The notes under the pieces were generated by a model. That model did not search any database. It was not told the DNA's origin and saw nothing but the letters and a program-made list of their open reading frames with translations. Below are positions 1-9,243 of a stretch of DNA of 44,963 nt, one piece after another; the first letter of the stretch is position 1, and each line of letters starts with the position of its first letter. The translations under genes were made by a program, and so were the position numbers. The stretch lies in assembly GCA_027482795.1 (NCBI GenBank), contig JAIXVS010000333.1:1-44963 (forward strand), given 5' to 3'. The stretch is from Rhodobacter sp. (GTDB taxonomy: Bacteria; Pseudomonadota; Alphaproteobacteria; Rhodobacterales; Rhodobacteraceae).

Positions 1-216
1 CTTGGGGTGGAGGCTGGCCGACGACCCTGACATGCAGCCGGCGCCGTGCTGGTTCGAGGAGGCCCGTCGGCGCCGCGTCCGTGCCATGATGGTTGCTGGC
101 GTTTGGGCTGCGGCCAAGGCCTCTGGTTCGCCTGAAGCGACCGTGGCAAGGGTTACGGCAGCGGAAGGCTGGCCGCCCAGCTCTACGACACACTGGGCGG
201 CGGGCGCTACGCATCC

Positions 217-594
217 ATGGCGCAGCGCTTTCAAGTGATATTGATCACCAAGGGCGATCTGATGGATCAAGAACGCAAACTCGCGCAATCGGGCCTTGGC
301 GATTTGTTTCACGGCGTGGAAATTGTGTCCGAGAAAACGGCCAAAACCTATGCCCAGATTGCGCAAAAACATGGCGCGCAGGTGCAGGGCATGGTGATGG
401 TGGGCAATTCGATGAAATCGGATGTGCTGCCGATGATTGCGGCAGGCGGCTGGGGCGTACATGTGCCGCATGATCTGACTTGGGCATTGGAACTGGCCGA
501 TGCCCCGCAAGACACCGCGCGCTTTGCCCAGATCAAAACCCTTGCCGAATTGCCCTATCTTGTGGATCGGCTGATCGCATCCCACAATCCATAG
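217..594 (+). pseudogene. HAD-family hydrolase, C-terminal half only (5' truncated or assembly junction)
   Basis: ILITKGDLMDQERKL, VEIVSEK and MVGNSMKSDV match HAD motifs II-IV. Motif I (DxD) is missing; the upstream in-frame sequence has stops and is unrelated. Confidence 0.7.
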
Positions 595-732
595 CGGATC
601 AAGGGCAGAAATCTGCCTGAACTTATTCGCAAAACCCTTTGAAAATAAGGGCTTTTCTGAAAGATTCACCCGTGCTATCGTGCCTTCACATGCCCCCGTC
701 AGAGGGGCTTTAGGCAGAGTAGCAGGCGCATC

Positions 733-2487
733 ATGACCATGGCAGACAGCCCGCTTGGGCATTTTCTGCGCAGATTAGCGTTTTTTATTTCGGTGTCGCT
801 GGGCGCGGCGCTGATGGGCGGTCATGCATATGCCGCACCCGAAGCCTATTACATGATGGATGCGCGCACGGGCGAAACCCTGTTCGAAGATAACGCCGAA
901 ACGCGGCTGCACCCCGCCTCGCTGACTAAAATGCTGACCCTGTACATTGCATTTCAGGAAATCGAGCAGGGCAATCTTAGCCTTGATAGTATGATCACCG
1001 TGTCCAAAAATGCCGCAGCCCAGCCCCCGTCGCGGCTGGGCTTGAAGGCAGGGCAAAAGATACAGCTGCGCTATTTGATCCGTGCGGCTGCCATCAAATC
1101 GGCCAATGACGCAGCCCAAGCGATTGGCGATGCCATTGGTGGCAATCAAGCGAATTTTGCCGAACGCATGACCCGCACCGCCCGCGCGCTGGGGATGCGC
1201 AATTCGACGTTCAAGAACGCATCTGGTCTTACGGCCAAAGGGCATTTGTCAACCGCCAAGGATATGTCGATTTTGGGGCGGCATTTGTTTTATGATTTTC
1301 CGCAGTATTACAACATCTTCTCGCGCCGCCAAACCGATGCGGGCCTGACCGATGTGGCCAATACCAACCGCAAGTTCCTAGACGCCTATAAAGGCGCGGA
1401 TGGGATTAAGACGGGCTATACGCAGCCTGCTGGGTTTAACCTGACAGCTTCGGCAGAACGCGGCGGGGTGCGGCTGATTGCAACGGTTTTCGGCGGCGCG
1501 TCGACCGCTGATCGCAATGCGAAAATGGCCAAGATGCTGGATCGCGGCTTTGCAAAAGCCAAACCGAATGTGGGCGAGCAGCCCCCCGCGCCGCCACAGT
1601 TTGACAATGCCGATAACGAATTGCTGGCCAATGCCATGGTCGAAGATGGCCTTCCCCAAGGCGGTCTGGGCAGTGCAGCCAAAACCCTGCGCCAAGTTGT
1701 GACGCTGACCTCCTCGCCGCGCCCAATGCCGCGACCGAACTTTTCTGAATTGGCCACGGGCGCGCAAGAACAGGTCGCCGAAATGGCCGATGGCATTGCT
1801 GGCGCTTTGGCCGAAGTGACGGGCCAGACCGCCACATCAGCCGATCTACCCTTTGCCGTGGCCGCCGCCGAAGCACCAACCGCGCCCGTTGTAACCGTGC
1901 ATGACGCCCAAACCGACACGCTGCGCCCCGCACCAAGGCCGAATAATGCCCCAACCCCTGCACCTGCAACAGAGGTGGCCCCAACGCTGGTTGCAGCGAT
2001 TGAACCTGTGCCCGATGCCAGCCTGCAGGCGGATGCAACACTTGCCAGCGAAAATGCGGCAGATGTCACGCAACTGGCATTGGCCGCCGTATCCCAAGCG
2101 CCTGCCGCGCTGATCGCCGCAATCCAGCCACAGCGCCAAGCCCCCATTTACGATGACCAAACCGTTCTGGCCAAAGCCAATGCCACCGATCCGCCGCCCG
2201 CGCCCGAATTGCCCGCCACAGGCGAAGTGGTCACGCGCCTTTCCACATCGGGCGGCGCGCATTGGGGGGTGAACATTGGGCGCTTTGCCAGCAGCGATGC
2301 GGCTGAGAGGATTTTGCTGAAAACTCAGCTGGTTGAAAGCGCGACCTTGGGGTTAAGCCTGCGCAAAGTTACTGAAAAAGGCGGCGGGTTTGATGCCAAT
2401 TTTCTTGGCCTGACCGAAGAGGCCGCAGCCCTTGCCTGTCGCCGCCTGACCGCGCGCGCGATTCCCTGCATTACGCTCGGGCCGTAA
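733..2487 (+). CDS. D-alanyl-D-alanine carboxypeptidase (peptidase S11) with long Ala/Pro linker and C-terminal SPOR-like region
   Basis: Signal peptide; SxxK (PASLTK), SxN (SAND) and KTG (GIKTG) motifs. Confidence 0.9.
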   Translation: MTMADSPLGHFLRRLAFFISVSLGAALMGGHAYAAPEAYYMMDARTGETLFEDNAETRLHPASLTKMLTLYIAFQEIEQGNLSLDSMITVSKNAAAQPPSRLGLKAGQKIQLRYLIRAAAIKSANDAAQAIGDAIGGNQANFAERMTRTARALGMRNSTFKNASGLTAKGHLSTAKDMSILGRHLFYDFPQYYNIFSRRQTDAGLTDVANTNRKFLDAYKGADGIKTGYTQPAGFNLTASAERGGVRLIATVFGGASTADRNAKMAKMLDRGFAKAKPNVGEQPPAPPQFDNADNELLANAMVEDGLPQGGLGSAAKTLRQVVTLTSSPRPMPRPNFSELATGAQEQVAEMADGIAGALAEVTGQTATSADLPFAVAAAEAPTAPVVTVHDAQTDTLRPAPRPNNAPTPAPATEVAPTLVAAIEPVPDASLQADATLASENAADVTQLALAAVSQAPAALIAAIQPQRQAPIYDDQTVLAKANATDPPPAPELPATGEVVTRLSTSGGAHWGVNIGRFASSDAAERILLKTQLVESATLGLSLRKVTEKGGGFDANFLGLTEEAAALACRRLTARAIPCITLGP

Positions 2488-2519
2488 CCCCACCCGCATG
2501 CCCTGCAGCGCGGTCAGAA

Positions 2520-2596
2520 GCGGGTGTTTCACACCCCCGCGACGTTTTGCGCAGCAAAACGTCTACCCCCGTGGGATATTTAAAGAGCGAGGAAGC
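2520..2596 (+). repeat. Structured intergenic repeat, copy 1
   Basis: GGGTGT-TTC-ACACCC hairpin, perfect GACGTTTTGC-GCA-GCAAAACGTC hairpin, tail ACCCCCGTGGGATATTT-N10-GAAG. Confidence 0.75.
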
Positions 2597-2602
2597 CCAA
2601 CC

Positions 2603-3004
2603 CTATTCAGGATAGCTGGCGCGGCATTGCGCGATGGCTGCTGCCGCCGTTTTGCCTTGCTGGGCGCGCTTTTTCTCTAGGCTGGCCAACTTGGCGCTTT
2701 CAGCGGTCAGGTCAACCGCCACGGGGCGCGTGACAGTTTGCGGCACTTCCACAGGGCACATCTTTGGCTTTGGGCTCGGGTATTTTGCAGTGGGTACGGG
2801 CGTGCAATCTTGGAATTCGGTGCGGTAGACCGTTTCGCGCTCAAGGGCAAAACCGCGCTGCAAGTTACCCTCGATATCGGCAATCAACTGATCGACCACT
2901 TCCATATCGCGCGTTGCCTGATTGATGCAGCGCTGCTGCGGCGAGGCGCAGGCGGCCAGCAGGGCAAGGATGGGCAAGCTAAAGCAAAGATGCGATGTTT
3001 TCAT
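2603..3004 (-). CDS. Conserved hypothetical lipoprotein
   Basis: Signal peptide with lipobox LLAAC; four further Cys; ends CRASYPE. ATG at 3004 chosen over the longer ORF start. Confidence 0.8.
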   Translation of the reverse strand: MKTSHLCFSLPILALLAACASPQQRCINQATRDMEVVDQLIADIEGNLQRGFALERETVYRTEFQDCTPVPTAKYPSPKPKMCPVEVPQTVTRPVAVDLTAESAKLASLEKKRAQQGKTAAAAIAQCRASYPE

Positions 3005-3086
3005 GGTGATCCCCGTGATTTGCGTGGCCTGCACTATAGACCTTTGCGGCTGATATGCCATAACATCATGAAAATTGACAAGCATC

Positions 3087-3104
3087 TGTCAGGCAAGCGC
3101 GACA
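3087..3104. promoter_or_regulatory. PpsR/CrtJ-type palindrome (TGTc-N10-gACA) upstream of hemF
   Basis: TGTCAGGCAAGCGCGACA, with arms extending to ATCTGTC...GACAGAT; TTGACA -35-like hexamer at 3075-3080. Confidence 0.6.
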
Positions 3105-3130
3105 GATCGCGCGCAGCACTTGGGGGGATC

Positions 3131-3997
3131 ATGGCCGCAGCGTTAGAATTTGAAACCGAAAAGGCGCAGGCAGCGGCGTGGTTTCGCAGCCTGCGCGACC
3201 AGATTGTCGCGGCCTTTGAAGGGCTGGAAGATCGTTTTGGCACGGGCCCCGTTGGGCGGTTTGACGTGTCGGAAACCGCGCGCGATGGCGGCGGCGGTGG
3301 GCTGATGAGCGTGATGCGCGGGGGCCGGGTGTTTGAAAAGGTGGGCGTGAACGTATCGGCGGTGCACGGCGAACTTGCGCCCCGCGCGCAAAAGGCGATG
3401 GCCGCGCGCGGCGTTCCTGGCATGGAAAGCGATCCGCGTTTTTGGGCCAGTGGCATTTCGCTTGTCGCCCATATGCGCAACCCGCAATCGCCCGCAGTTC
3501 ACATGAACACCCGCATGTTTTGGACACCCCATGCGTGGTGGTTTGGGGGTGGTTCGGATTTGAACCCTGCAATTGAGTATGCCGAAGACACCGCCCATTT
3601 TCACGGCCAAATGCAGGCCGCTTGCGATGCGCATTCGCCAGATTACTATCCCAAATTCAAGGCTTGGGCCGATGAGTACTTCTTTGTGCCCCACCGTTGG
3701 CGCGCGCGCGGCGTGGGCGGAATTTTCTATGACGATTTGAACACGGGCGATTGGGCGGCTGATTTTGCCTTTACGCAGGCGGTGGGCCGCGCCTTTTTGC
3801 CCGCATTTGTTCCGCTGACTGAAAAGCGCTGCGTTCAGGCGTTTACCGATGCCGACCGCGAGGCGCAGTTGATCCATCGTGGGTTATATGCCGAATACAA
3901 CCTTGTTTATGACCGCGGCACCAAGTTTGGGTTAGAGACGGGCCATGATGCCAATGCCGTGCTGATGAGCCTGCCGCCCATCGCCAAATGGACGTAG
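3131..3997 (+). CDS. hemF: Oxygen-dependent coproporphyrinogen III oxidase
   Basis: VFEKVGVNVS, HMNTR, WWFGGGSDL, RGVGGIFYD and EYNLVYDRGTKFGL motifs. Confidence 0.96.
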   Translation: MAAALEFETEKAQAAAWFRSLRDQIVAAFEGLEDRFGTGPVGRFDVSETARDGGGGGLMSVMRGGRVFEKVGVNVSAVHGELAPRAQKAMAARGVPGMESDPRFWASGISLVAHMRNPQSPAVHMNTRMFWTPHAWWFGGGSDLNPAIEYAEDTAHFHGQMQAACDAHSPDYYPKFKAWADEYFFVPHRWRARGVGGIFYDDLNTGDWAADFAFTQAVGRAFLPAFVPLTEKRCVQAFTDADREAQLIHRGLYAEYNLVYDRGTKFGLETGHDANAVLMSLPPIAKWT

Positions 3998-4019
3998 CGG
4001 GCGGTGGACTTAAGGGGGG

Positions 4020-5051
4020 CTAAGCCCCCCGAACCGCCTCGATCATCCGTGTCACATTATCGGGGCTCGCATCGGGCGTGATCCCGTGGCCCAAATTGAA
4101 AATGTGCGGGCCTTTGGCGAACGCGTCCACCACGCGGCGGGTTTCCCGAACCAAGTCTGTCCCGCCTGTTACCATATGGGTTGGCGATAAATTGCCCTGC
4201 ACGCAGCCCGTCACTTGCACCTTTTCCGCCGCCCATTCGGGGCTGACAGAATTGTCAATCGCCACGCAATCTGCCCCCGTTGCCTGCGCAAACCCAATGT
4301 AACCATCCCCCGCCTCGCGCGGGAAGGCGATGATCGGCAGATCGGGATGGCGGGCCTTAAGGGCTGCAATAATCTTGGCGGCGGGCTTTACGGCAAAATC
4401 GGTAAAGTCTTGGCCCTTTAGGCTGCCTGCCCAACTGTCGAACAGCTTCACCACCTCGGCCCCAGCCTTGACCTGCATCGACAGGTATTCAACGGTGGCA
4501 TCGGTAATCACGTCAATGAGCCCCGAAAACGTGGCGCGATCAGCGGATTTTAGCGCGTGCGCTGGCCCTTGGTCAGGCGTGCCGCGCCCTGCGATCATGT
4601 AACTGGCCACCGTCCACGGCGCGCCTGCAAAGCCGATCAGGGTCGTCTCGCGCGGAAGCTCGCGCGCAAGGATTTTCACGGTCTCGTAAATGGGGGCAAG
4701 TGTATCGTGGATGTCATCTTTGCCGCGCAAACCCGCCAATTCCGCTGGCGTTGTCAGCGTCGACAATCGCGGCCCTTCGCCATTTTCAAACCACAGTTTT
4801 GCGCCCAAGGCTTGCGGCAGCAGCAGAATATCGGCAAACAAAATCGCCGCGTCAAAGCCATAGCGGCGGATGGGTTGCAGCGTGACCTCTGCCGCCAATT
4901 CCGAGTTATAGCACAGCGATAGAAAATCGCCCGCCTGCGCGCGTGTAGCGCGGTATTCGGGCAAATAGCGGCCCGCTTGGCGCATCATCCAAATGGGGGG
5001 GGTGGGCAGCACTTCGCCGCGCAGGGCGCGCAAAATCGTCTTATCGGTCAT
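4020..5051 (-). CDS. hemE: Uroporphyrinogen decarboxylase
   Basis: [29 protein letters not shown] and IFNLGHGI motifs. Confidence 0.97.
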   Translation of the reverse strand: MTDKTILRALRGEVLPTPPIWMMRQAGRYLPEYRATRAQAGDFLSLCYNSELAAEVTLQPIRRYGFDAAILFADILLLPQALGAKLWFENGEGPRLSTLTTPAELAGLRGKDDIHDTLAPIYETVKILARELPRETTLIGFAGAPWTVASYMIAGRGTPDQGPAHALKSADRATFSGLIDVITDATVEYLSMQVKAGAEVVKLFDSWAGSLKGQDFTDFAVKPAAKIIAALKARHPDLPIIAFPREAGDGYIGFAQATGADCVAIDNSVSPEWAAEKVQVTGCVQGNLSPTHMVTGGTDLVRETRRVVDAFAKGPHIFNLGHGITPDASPDNVTRMIEAVRGA

Positions 5052-5115
5052 CACATTCTCCGTTTTGCGCATCTTGAGGGGCGGGCGGGTCTTGTCAAGC
5101 CGCAGCGCGCAGATA

Positions 5116-5133
5116 TGTCAGTTTTATCTGACA
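5116..5133. promoter_or_regulatory. PpsR/CrtJ-type palindrome upstream of hemE
   Basis: TGTCAGTTTTATCTGACA = TGTcag-N6-ctgACA; minus-strand TTGACA at 5093-5098. Confidence 0.7.
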
Positions 5134-5175
5134 GTCCCCTCTATCTGACAATCCCCTCTAACTGACAGTCCCTGC
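5125..5175. repeat. 17-bp tandem repeat x3 spanning the MFS stop codon and hemE promoter
   Basis: TATCTGACAGTCCCCTC / TATCTGACAATCCCCTC / TAACTGACAGTCCCTGC. Confidence 0.9.
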
Positions 5176-6384
5176 CGCGCGCGCCGTCAGCCAGCCCGTG
5201 CGATCTGCCCAATACAGCGCCATCGCCCCGCCCAGCGTTAGAGCAAACCCCATCACCGCCACCGTTTGATAGCCGCCAATCGCCATGCCAATCGCAAAGG
5301 CAGATGCGCCAAGAATATCGGCAATCAGCTTTTGCAACGCCAGCATGGCACTTGCCGCCCCAGGGCGATCTTGCAGCAGGTCTTGGTAATAGGTGATCGA
5401 CAGGCCAATAAAGGCTGTGCCGCCCACCCCTGCAATCAGCGTGCCTGCCCACAGCCAAACCGTATCCACCCAAATCGGCATCAGCAGCACATGCAGCCCA
5501 TATGCCGCAGCGCCCACCGCAATCAGCGTGCCGCGCGAGACATAGGCCACAAGACGCGGCAGCAAGATCAAGCAGGGCACTTCCCACCCCGCCACAAGCC
5601 CCACATACAGCGCCACATCGGATGCGTCCCGAATGGGGGATGCTTCAAACACCAACCCGATCAGCACGAAATACAGCATCGCGCTGGCGTTGATGGCCCC
5701 CAGCATGAACAGGCGCGAGGCGATCAGCGGGCGCGCAAGCTCGCGCAATGCCTCGCGCAGGTTCAGCCCTGATGGGCGGTCATCCCATGTCACACCCGCG
5801 CCGCGCGGCCATAAAAACCACACCATCAGCAGCAGGGCCAGCGCCGCAATCAGGGCGGAATCATACACCCACATCACATCCACGCCCGCGCCAAAGGCAA
5901 AGGTCCAAAAGATCAGCATCGCCATAAAGGCAATCGACATGCCCGAACGGATAATGCCCAACACCCCATCTGCCGCGCCCGGTGCCTGCGGGCCCGCCAG
6001 CCGCGCCAGCGCAAAAATTTGCCCATACAGCGCCGACCCCAACGGAAACAAAAACGCATGGCACAGCACCAAGGCAAGCGGCGATGGGGCAAAGGCCATG
6101 AGCCCCAGCCCAACAAAACTGGCCAGCGCGGTCAGCCCCGCAATCAAATGCCTGCGCCCGCGCTGATCGCCCAAAACCCCCATCAGCACGGCAGATAACA
6201 CCGCAACTGCCGCGGCGGCAACCAGCACCAGCGCATAGGTGCCTTCGGAAACACCAATCCGTTCAATCGCCACCAGCGAGATATAGGGCGCTACGGATGC
6301 GTTCATCACCCCAAGCCCCAACATAGCAAAGCCCGCAAGCCGCAGCGCAGGGCTGCGCAGAATGGTTTGGGTGGGGGTCATCAC
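5158..6384 (-). CDS. MFS transporter (sugar efflux SetA-like)
   Basis: About 12 hydrophobic segments; motif-A-like GVLGDQRGRR; GLSITYYQDLLQDRPGAASA. Confidence 0.85.
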   Translation of the reverse strand: MMTPTQTILRSPALRLAGFAMLGLGVMNASVAPYISLVAIERIGVSEGTYALVLVAAAAVAVLSAVLMGVLGDQRGRRHLIAGLTALASFVGLGLMAFAPSPLALVLCHAFLFPLGSALYGQIFALARLAGPQAPGAADGVLGIIRSGMSIAFMAMLIFWTFAFGAGVDVMWVYDSALIAALALLLMVWFLWPRGAGVTWDDRPSGLNLREALRELARPLIASRLFMLGAINASAMLYFVLIGLVFEASPIRDASDVALYVGLVAGWEVPCLILLPRLVAYVSRGTLIAVGAAAYGLHVLLMPIWVDTVWLWAGTLIAGVGGTAFIGLSITYYQDLLQDRPGAASAMLALQKLIADILGASAFAIGMAIGGYQTVAVMGFALTLGGAMALYWADRTGWLTARAAGTVS

Positions 6385-7821
6385 TTAAATCTCTTTTGCG
6401 GGAATAACTTTGGCGGGAATAACCTTGCCAGGGTTCATAATGCCCTGCGGGTCTAGCGCCGCCTTTACGCTGCGCATCACGTCCAGCGCCACCCCATCTT
6501 TGCGCCGCGCCATGGAATTTAGCTTCATCACCCCCACCCCATGCTCGGCAGAAAAAGACCCGCCCAAAGCGGCGACTTCATCTTCAACAGCCTCGACCAA
6601 GGCATCATACAGCGCCGCGTCGCTGCGGGGCGGGTATAGGGAATAGTGCAAATTGCCATCGCCCAAATGGGCCACAGTCACGCTATAGGTACCTTCGGCA
6701 ATCTGCGGCAGGCGTGCTTCGATGCGTTCCAGAAAGCTGGGGATTTTGTCCAGTGGCAGGCAAATATCGGTGTCCACCGATGGTTGCACGGCCTGCATCA
6801 CTTGGGCTGCCGCCTCGCGCCGCGCCCACATGGCAGCGCGCTGAGTCTCGGACTGGGCAATCACCGCATCCAAAACGCGGCCATCGGCCAGCATATCCGC
6901 AAGCGCGGTTTCCAATAGCGCGGCAATCGGCAGGCTGCCATCCACGTTCGGCGCGCTATCATCTGGCCGCAGCGCGCCCAGTTCGACCAAAATGGTAATC
7001 GGATAATCGCGGTCGAACGGCGCGCGCAGATCGGGGCGAATTTGGGCCACGCGGGCGATGTAACTGGCGGGCATATATTCAAACGCCTCGACCATGCCGC
7101 CACTGGCCGCTTGCAGATGGTTCAGCAAATCCAATGCATCGGGCAGGCTGCGCACCGCCAGCGTGGCCGTGGCATAGGCGCGCGGTTTGGGCACCAGCCG
7201 CATCACCGCCGCTGTGATAATGCCGAGCGTGCCCTCGGCCCCGATGAACATATGCTTTAAATCAAAGCCCGAATTGTCTTTGTGCAATTGGCTCATCAGA
7301 TTCAAAATACGACCATCGGCCAGTACCACCTCCAGCCCCAAGCAAAGCCCCCGCGTGCTGCCATAGCGCAGCACGTTCGACCCGCCTGCGTTGGTCGACA
7401 ATACCCCGCCAATCATCGCCGATCCGCGCGCGCCAAACCACAGCGGAAAGTACAGGTCCAGCGCATCCGCCGCCTCGTGCAGGCGCGAGACGATCACCCC
7501 CGCCTCGACAATGGCAATGCGGGCATCGGCGCGCACGTCGCGTATGGCATTCATCCGTTCAAGCGACAGCATCACCCCGCCATTCGTATGAATGGCCCCC
7601 GTGATGCCCGACCGCCCCCCCGTGGGCACGATGGAAACGCCGTATTGCGTGGCGATTTTCAGGCATGCGCTGACTTCACCCGTATTGGCGGGGCGCAGCA
7701 CGGCAAGCGGGTTTGCGGTGTAATGGGTTGTAGGCTCGCTGCAATAGGGCGCGCAATCGGCCCCTTGCAACACATGCCCCGCGCCGATGGCGGCGGCAAA
7801 GGCCCCAAGCGCCGCGTTCAT
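6385..7821 (-). CDS. FAD-binding oxidoreductase (GlcD / D-2-hydroxyacid dehydrogenase family)
   Basis: PTGGRSG, IGGVLSTNAGG, GAEGTLGII, HLGDGNLH, SAEHGVG and MNPGK motifs. Confidence 0.92.
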   Translation of the reverse strand: MNAALGAFAAAIGAGHVLQGADCAPYCSEPTTHYTANPLAVLRPANTGEVSACLKIATQYGVSIVPTGGRSGITGAIHTNGGVMLSLERMNAIRDVRADARIAIVEAGVIVSRLHEAADALDLYFPLWFGARGSAMIGGVLSTNAGGSNVLRYGSTRGLCLGLEVVLADGRILNLMSQLHKDNSGFDLKHMFIGAEGTLGIITAAVMRLVPKPRAYATATLAVRSLPDALDLLNHLQAASGGMVEAFEYMPASYIARVAQIRPDLRAPFDRDYPITILVELGALRPDDSAPNVDGSLPIAALLETALADMLADGRVLDAVIAQSETQRAAMWARREAAAQVMQAVQPSVDTDICLPLDKIPSFLERIEARLPQIAEGTYSVTVAHLGDGNLHYSLYPPRSDAALYDALVEAVEDEVAALGGSFSAEHGVGVMKLNSMARRKDGVALDVMRSVKAALDPQGIMNPGKVIPAKVIPAKEI

Positions 7822-8528
7822 TTCGCAGCAGCTTTCGCCACCAAAGCGCGGATTTGCGGGCCGTGGCCTGCCACCAGCTTGGCCACGCCTGCTGCATTGG
7901 GATGGATACCATCGTCTTGCATAAAGGCGCGGGCCGCACTGGGGTCTGGGTTGCCGCCCGTGATGGGGGTGAAATAGGGCGGGGTGATCTCTGCGCCATA
8001 TTTGGCGGCAATGTCGGGGTAAATCGCATCAAATGCGGCCTGATAATCGGCCCCATAATTGGGCGGGGCGATCATCGCCACAATCAGCATCGGCAGGCCC
8101 TTGGCCGCAATCGCACCTGCGATTTTGTCCATATTGGCGCGGGTCTCCTCGGGCGGCAGACCGCGCAGCAGATCATTGCCGCCAAGGTTGACGATCACGC
8201 CGTCCACATCATCGGTCAGCGTCCAGTCAATCCGCGCCGCACCCCCTGCCGTGGTATCGCCCGACACGCCCGCGTTGATCACAGCCACGTCATCGCCTGC
8301 TGCCGTCAGATAGGTTTGAAGTTGCGGAACAAAGCCCTGTTCTTGCGGCAAACCATAGCCTTGGGTCAGGCTATCGCCAAAGGCCACAAGGGTGACAGTT
8401 TCGGCATGTGCTGCCCTGAGCGGGGCAATCACCGCCACAATCGCGGCGAAAGTGCAGAAAAATGCTGCAATCGCGTTGCGAATTCTGCGCGGCGGCATAG
8501 GTATGGGAAAAGTAATAAAGGCGCGCAT
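7818..8528 (-). CDS. tesA: Arylesterase / acyl-CoA thioesterase I (SGNH, TesA-like); start uncertain (8528 or 8498)
   Basis: FGDSLTQGYG, NAGVSGDTT, LGGND and DGIHPN blocks; divergent from the ybbA-like gene. Confidence 0.88.
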   Translation of the reverse strand: MRAFITFPIPMPPRRIRNAIAAFFCTFAAIVAVIAPLRAAHAETVTLVAFGDSLTQGYGLPQEQGFVPQLQTYLTAAGDDVAVINAGVSGDTTAGGAARIDWTLTDDVDGVIVNLGGNDLLRGLPPEETRANMDKIAGAIAAKGLPMLIVAMIAPPNYGADYQAAFDAIYPDIAAKYGAEITPPYFTPITGGNPDPSAARAFMQDDGIHPNAAGVAKLVAGHGPQIRALVAKAAAK

Positions 8529-9243
8529 GATGACCGATACAGTTCTAAGCATGAAAGATGTTGGCCTAACCTTGGCGGGAAACGCAGGTAATGTCGAGAT
8601 ATTGAAGGGCATTTCGCTGGATATATCGCGGGGCGAGACGATTGGTATGGTTGGCCCGTCAGGTTCGGGAAAATCATCGCTGTTGATGCTGATGGGCGGG
8701 CTGGAACGGGCCACCGCGGGCCAGATCACCGCGCTGGGCGATGACATCAGCAACATGAACGAAGATCAGCTTGCACGCTTTCGGCGCGGACGCATGGGGG
8801 TGGTGTTTCAATCATTCCACCTGATCCCCACCATGACCGCGCTGGAAAATGTCTCCATGCCGATGGAGATTGCGGGCGATGCCGATGCCTTTGATCGTGC
8901 GCGCGAAGAGCTTGCCGCCGTGGGCTTGACCGCGCGGATGGATCATTATCCTGCGCAACTGTCAGGGGGCGAGCAGCAGCGCGTGGCGCTTGCCCGCGCC
9001 GCAGCGCCCCGCCCTGCGATTTTGCTGGCGGACGAGCCGACGGGCAATTTGGACAGCGTCAACGGCGCGGCCATTATGGATTTGATCTTTGGCCTGCAAA
9101 GCCGCCATGGGGCCACGTTGATTATGGTCACCCATGCCCCCGAACTTGCCGCGCGCTGCGGGCGCACCATTCGGCTGGTCGATGGGCGCATTGCCGAAGA
9201 CAGCGCCGCCAAACCCGCGCCAAAGGCCAAGGTGACAGCATGA
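8527..9243 (+). CDS. ABC transporter ATP-binding protein (YbbA/LolD-like)
   Basis: Walker A GPSGSGKS, LSGGEQQRV, DEPTGNLD, VTH. Confidence 0.93.
   Translation: MMTDTVLSMKDVGLTLAGNAGNVEILKGISLDISRGETIGMVGPSGSGKSSLLMLMGGLERATAGQITALGDDISNMNEDQLARFRRGRMGVVFQSFHLIPTMTALENVSMPMEIAGDADAFDRAREELAAVGLTARMDHYPAQLSGGEQQRVALARAAAPRPAILLADEPTGNLDSVNGAAIMDLIFGLQSRHGATLIMVTHAPELAARCGRTIRLVDGRIAEDSAAKPAPKAKVTA

Noticed and set aside
631-656. AAAACCCTT...AAGGGCTTTT imperfect hairpin upstream of the carboxypeptidase
   Set aside because: Could be a weak terminator or an operator; I cannot assign it from sequence alone.
3075-3088. FnrL box upstream of hemF (TTGAC-AAGC-ATCTG)
   Set aside because: The right half deviates from ATCAA; better explained as a -35 hexamer next to the PpsR-type palindrome.
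4014-4030. GGGGGGC-TAA-GCCCCCC hairpin at the hemF/hemE junction as a sixth repeat copy
   Set aside because: It resembles the first hairpin of the family but lacks the tail and overlaps the hemE stop; it could simply be a terminator stem.
5125-5175. CRISPR-like array
   Set aside because: 17-bp units are directly adjacent with no spacers, and no cas genes are present.
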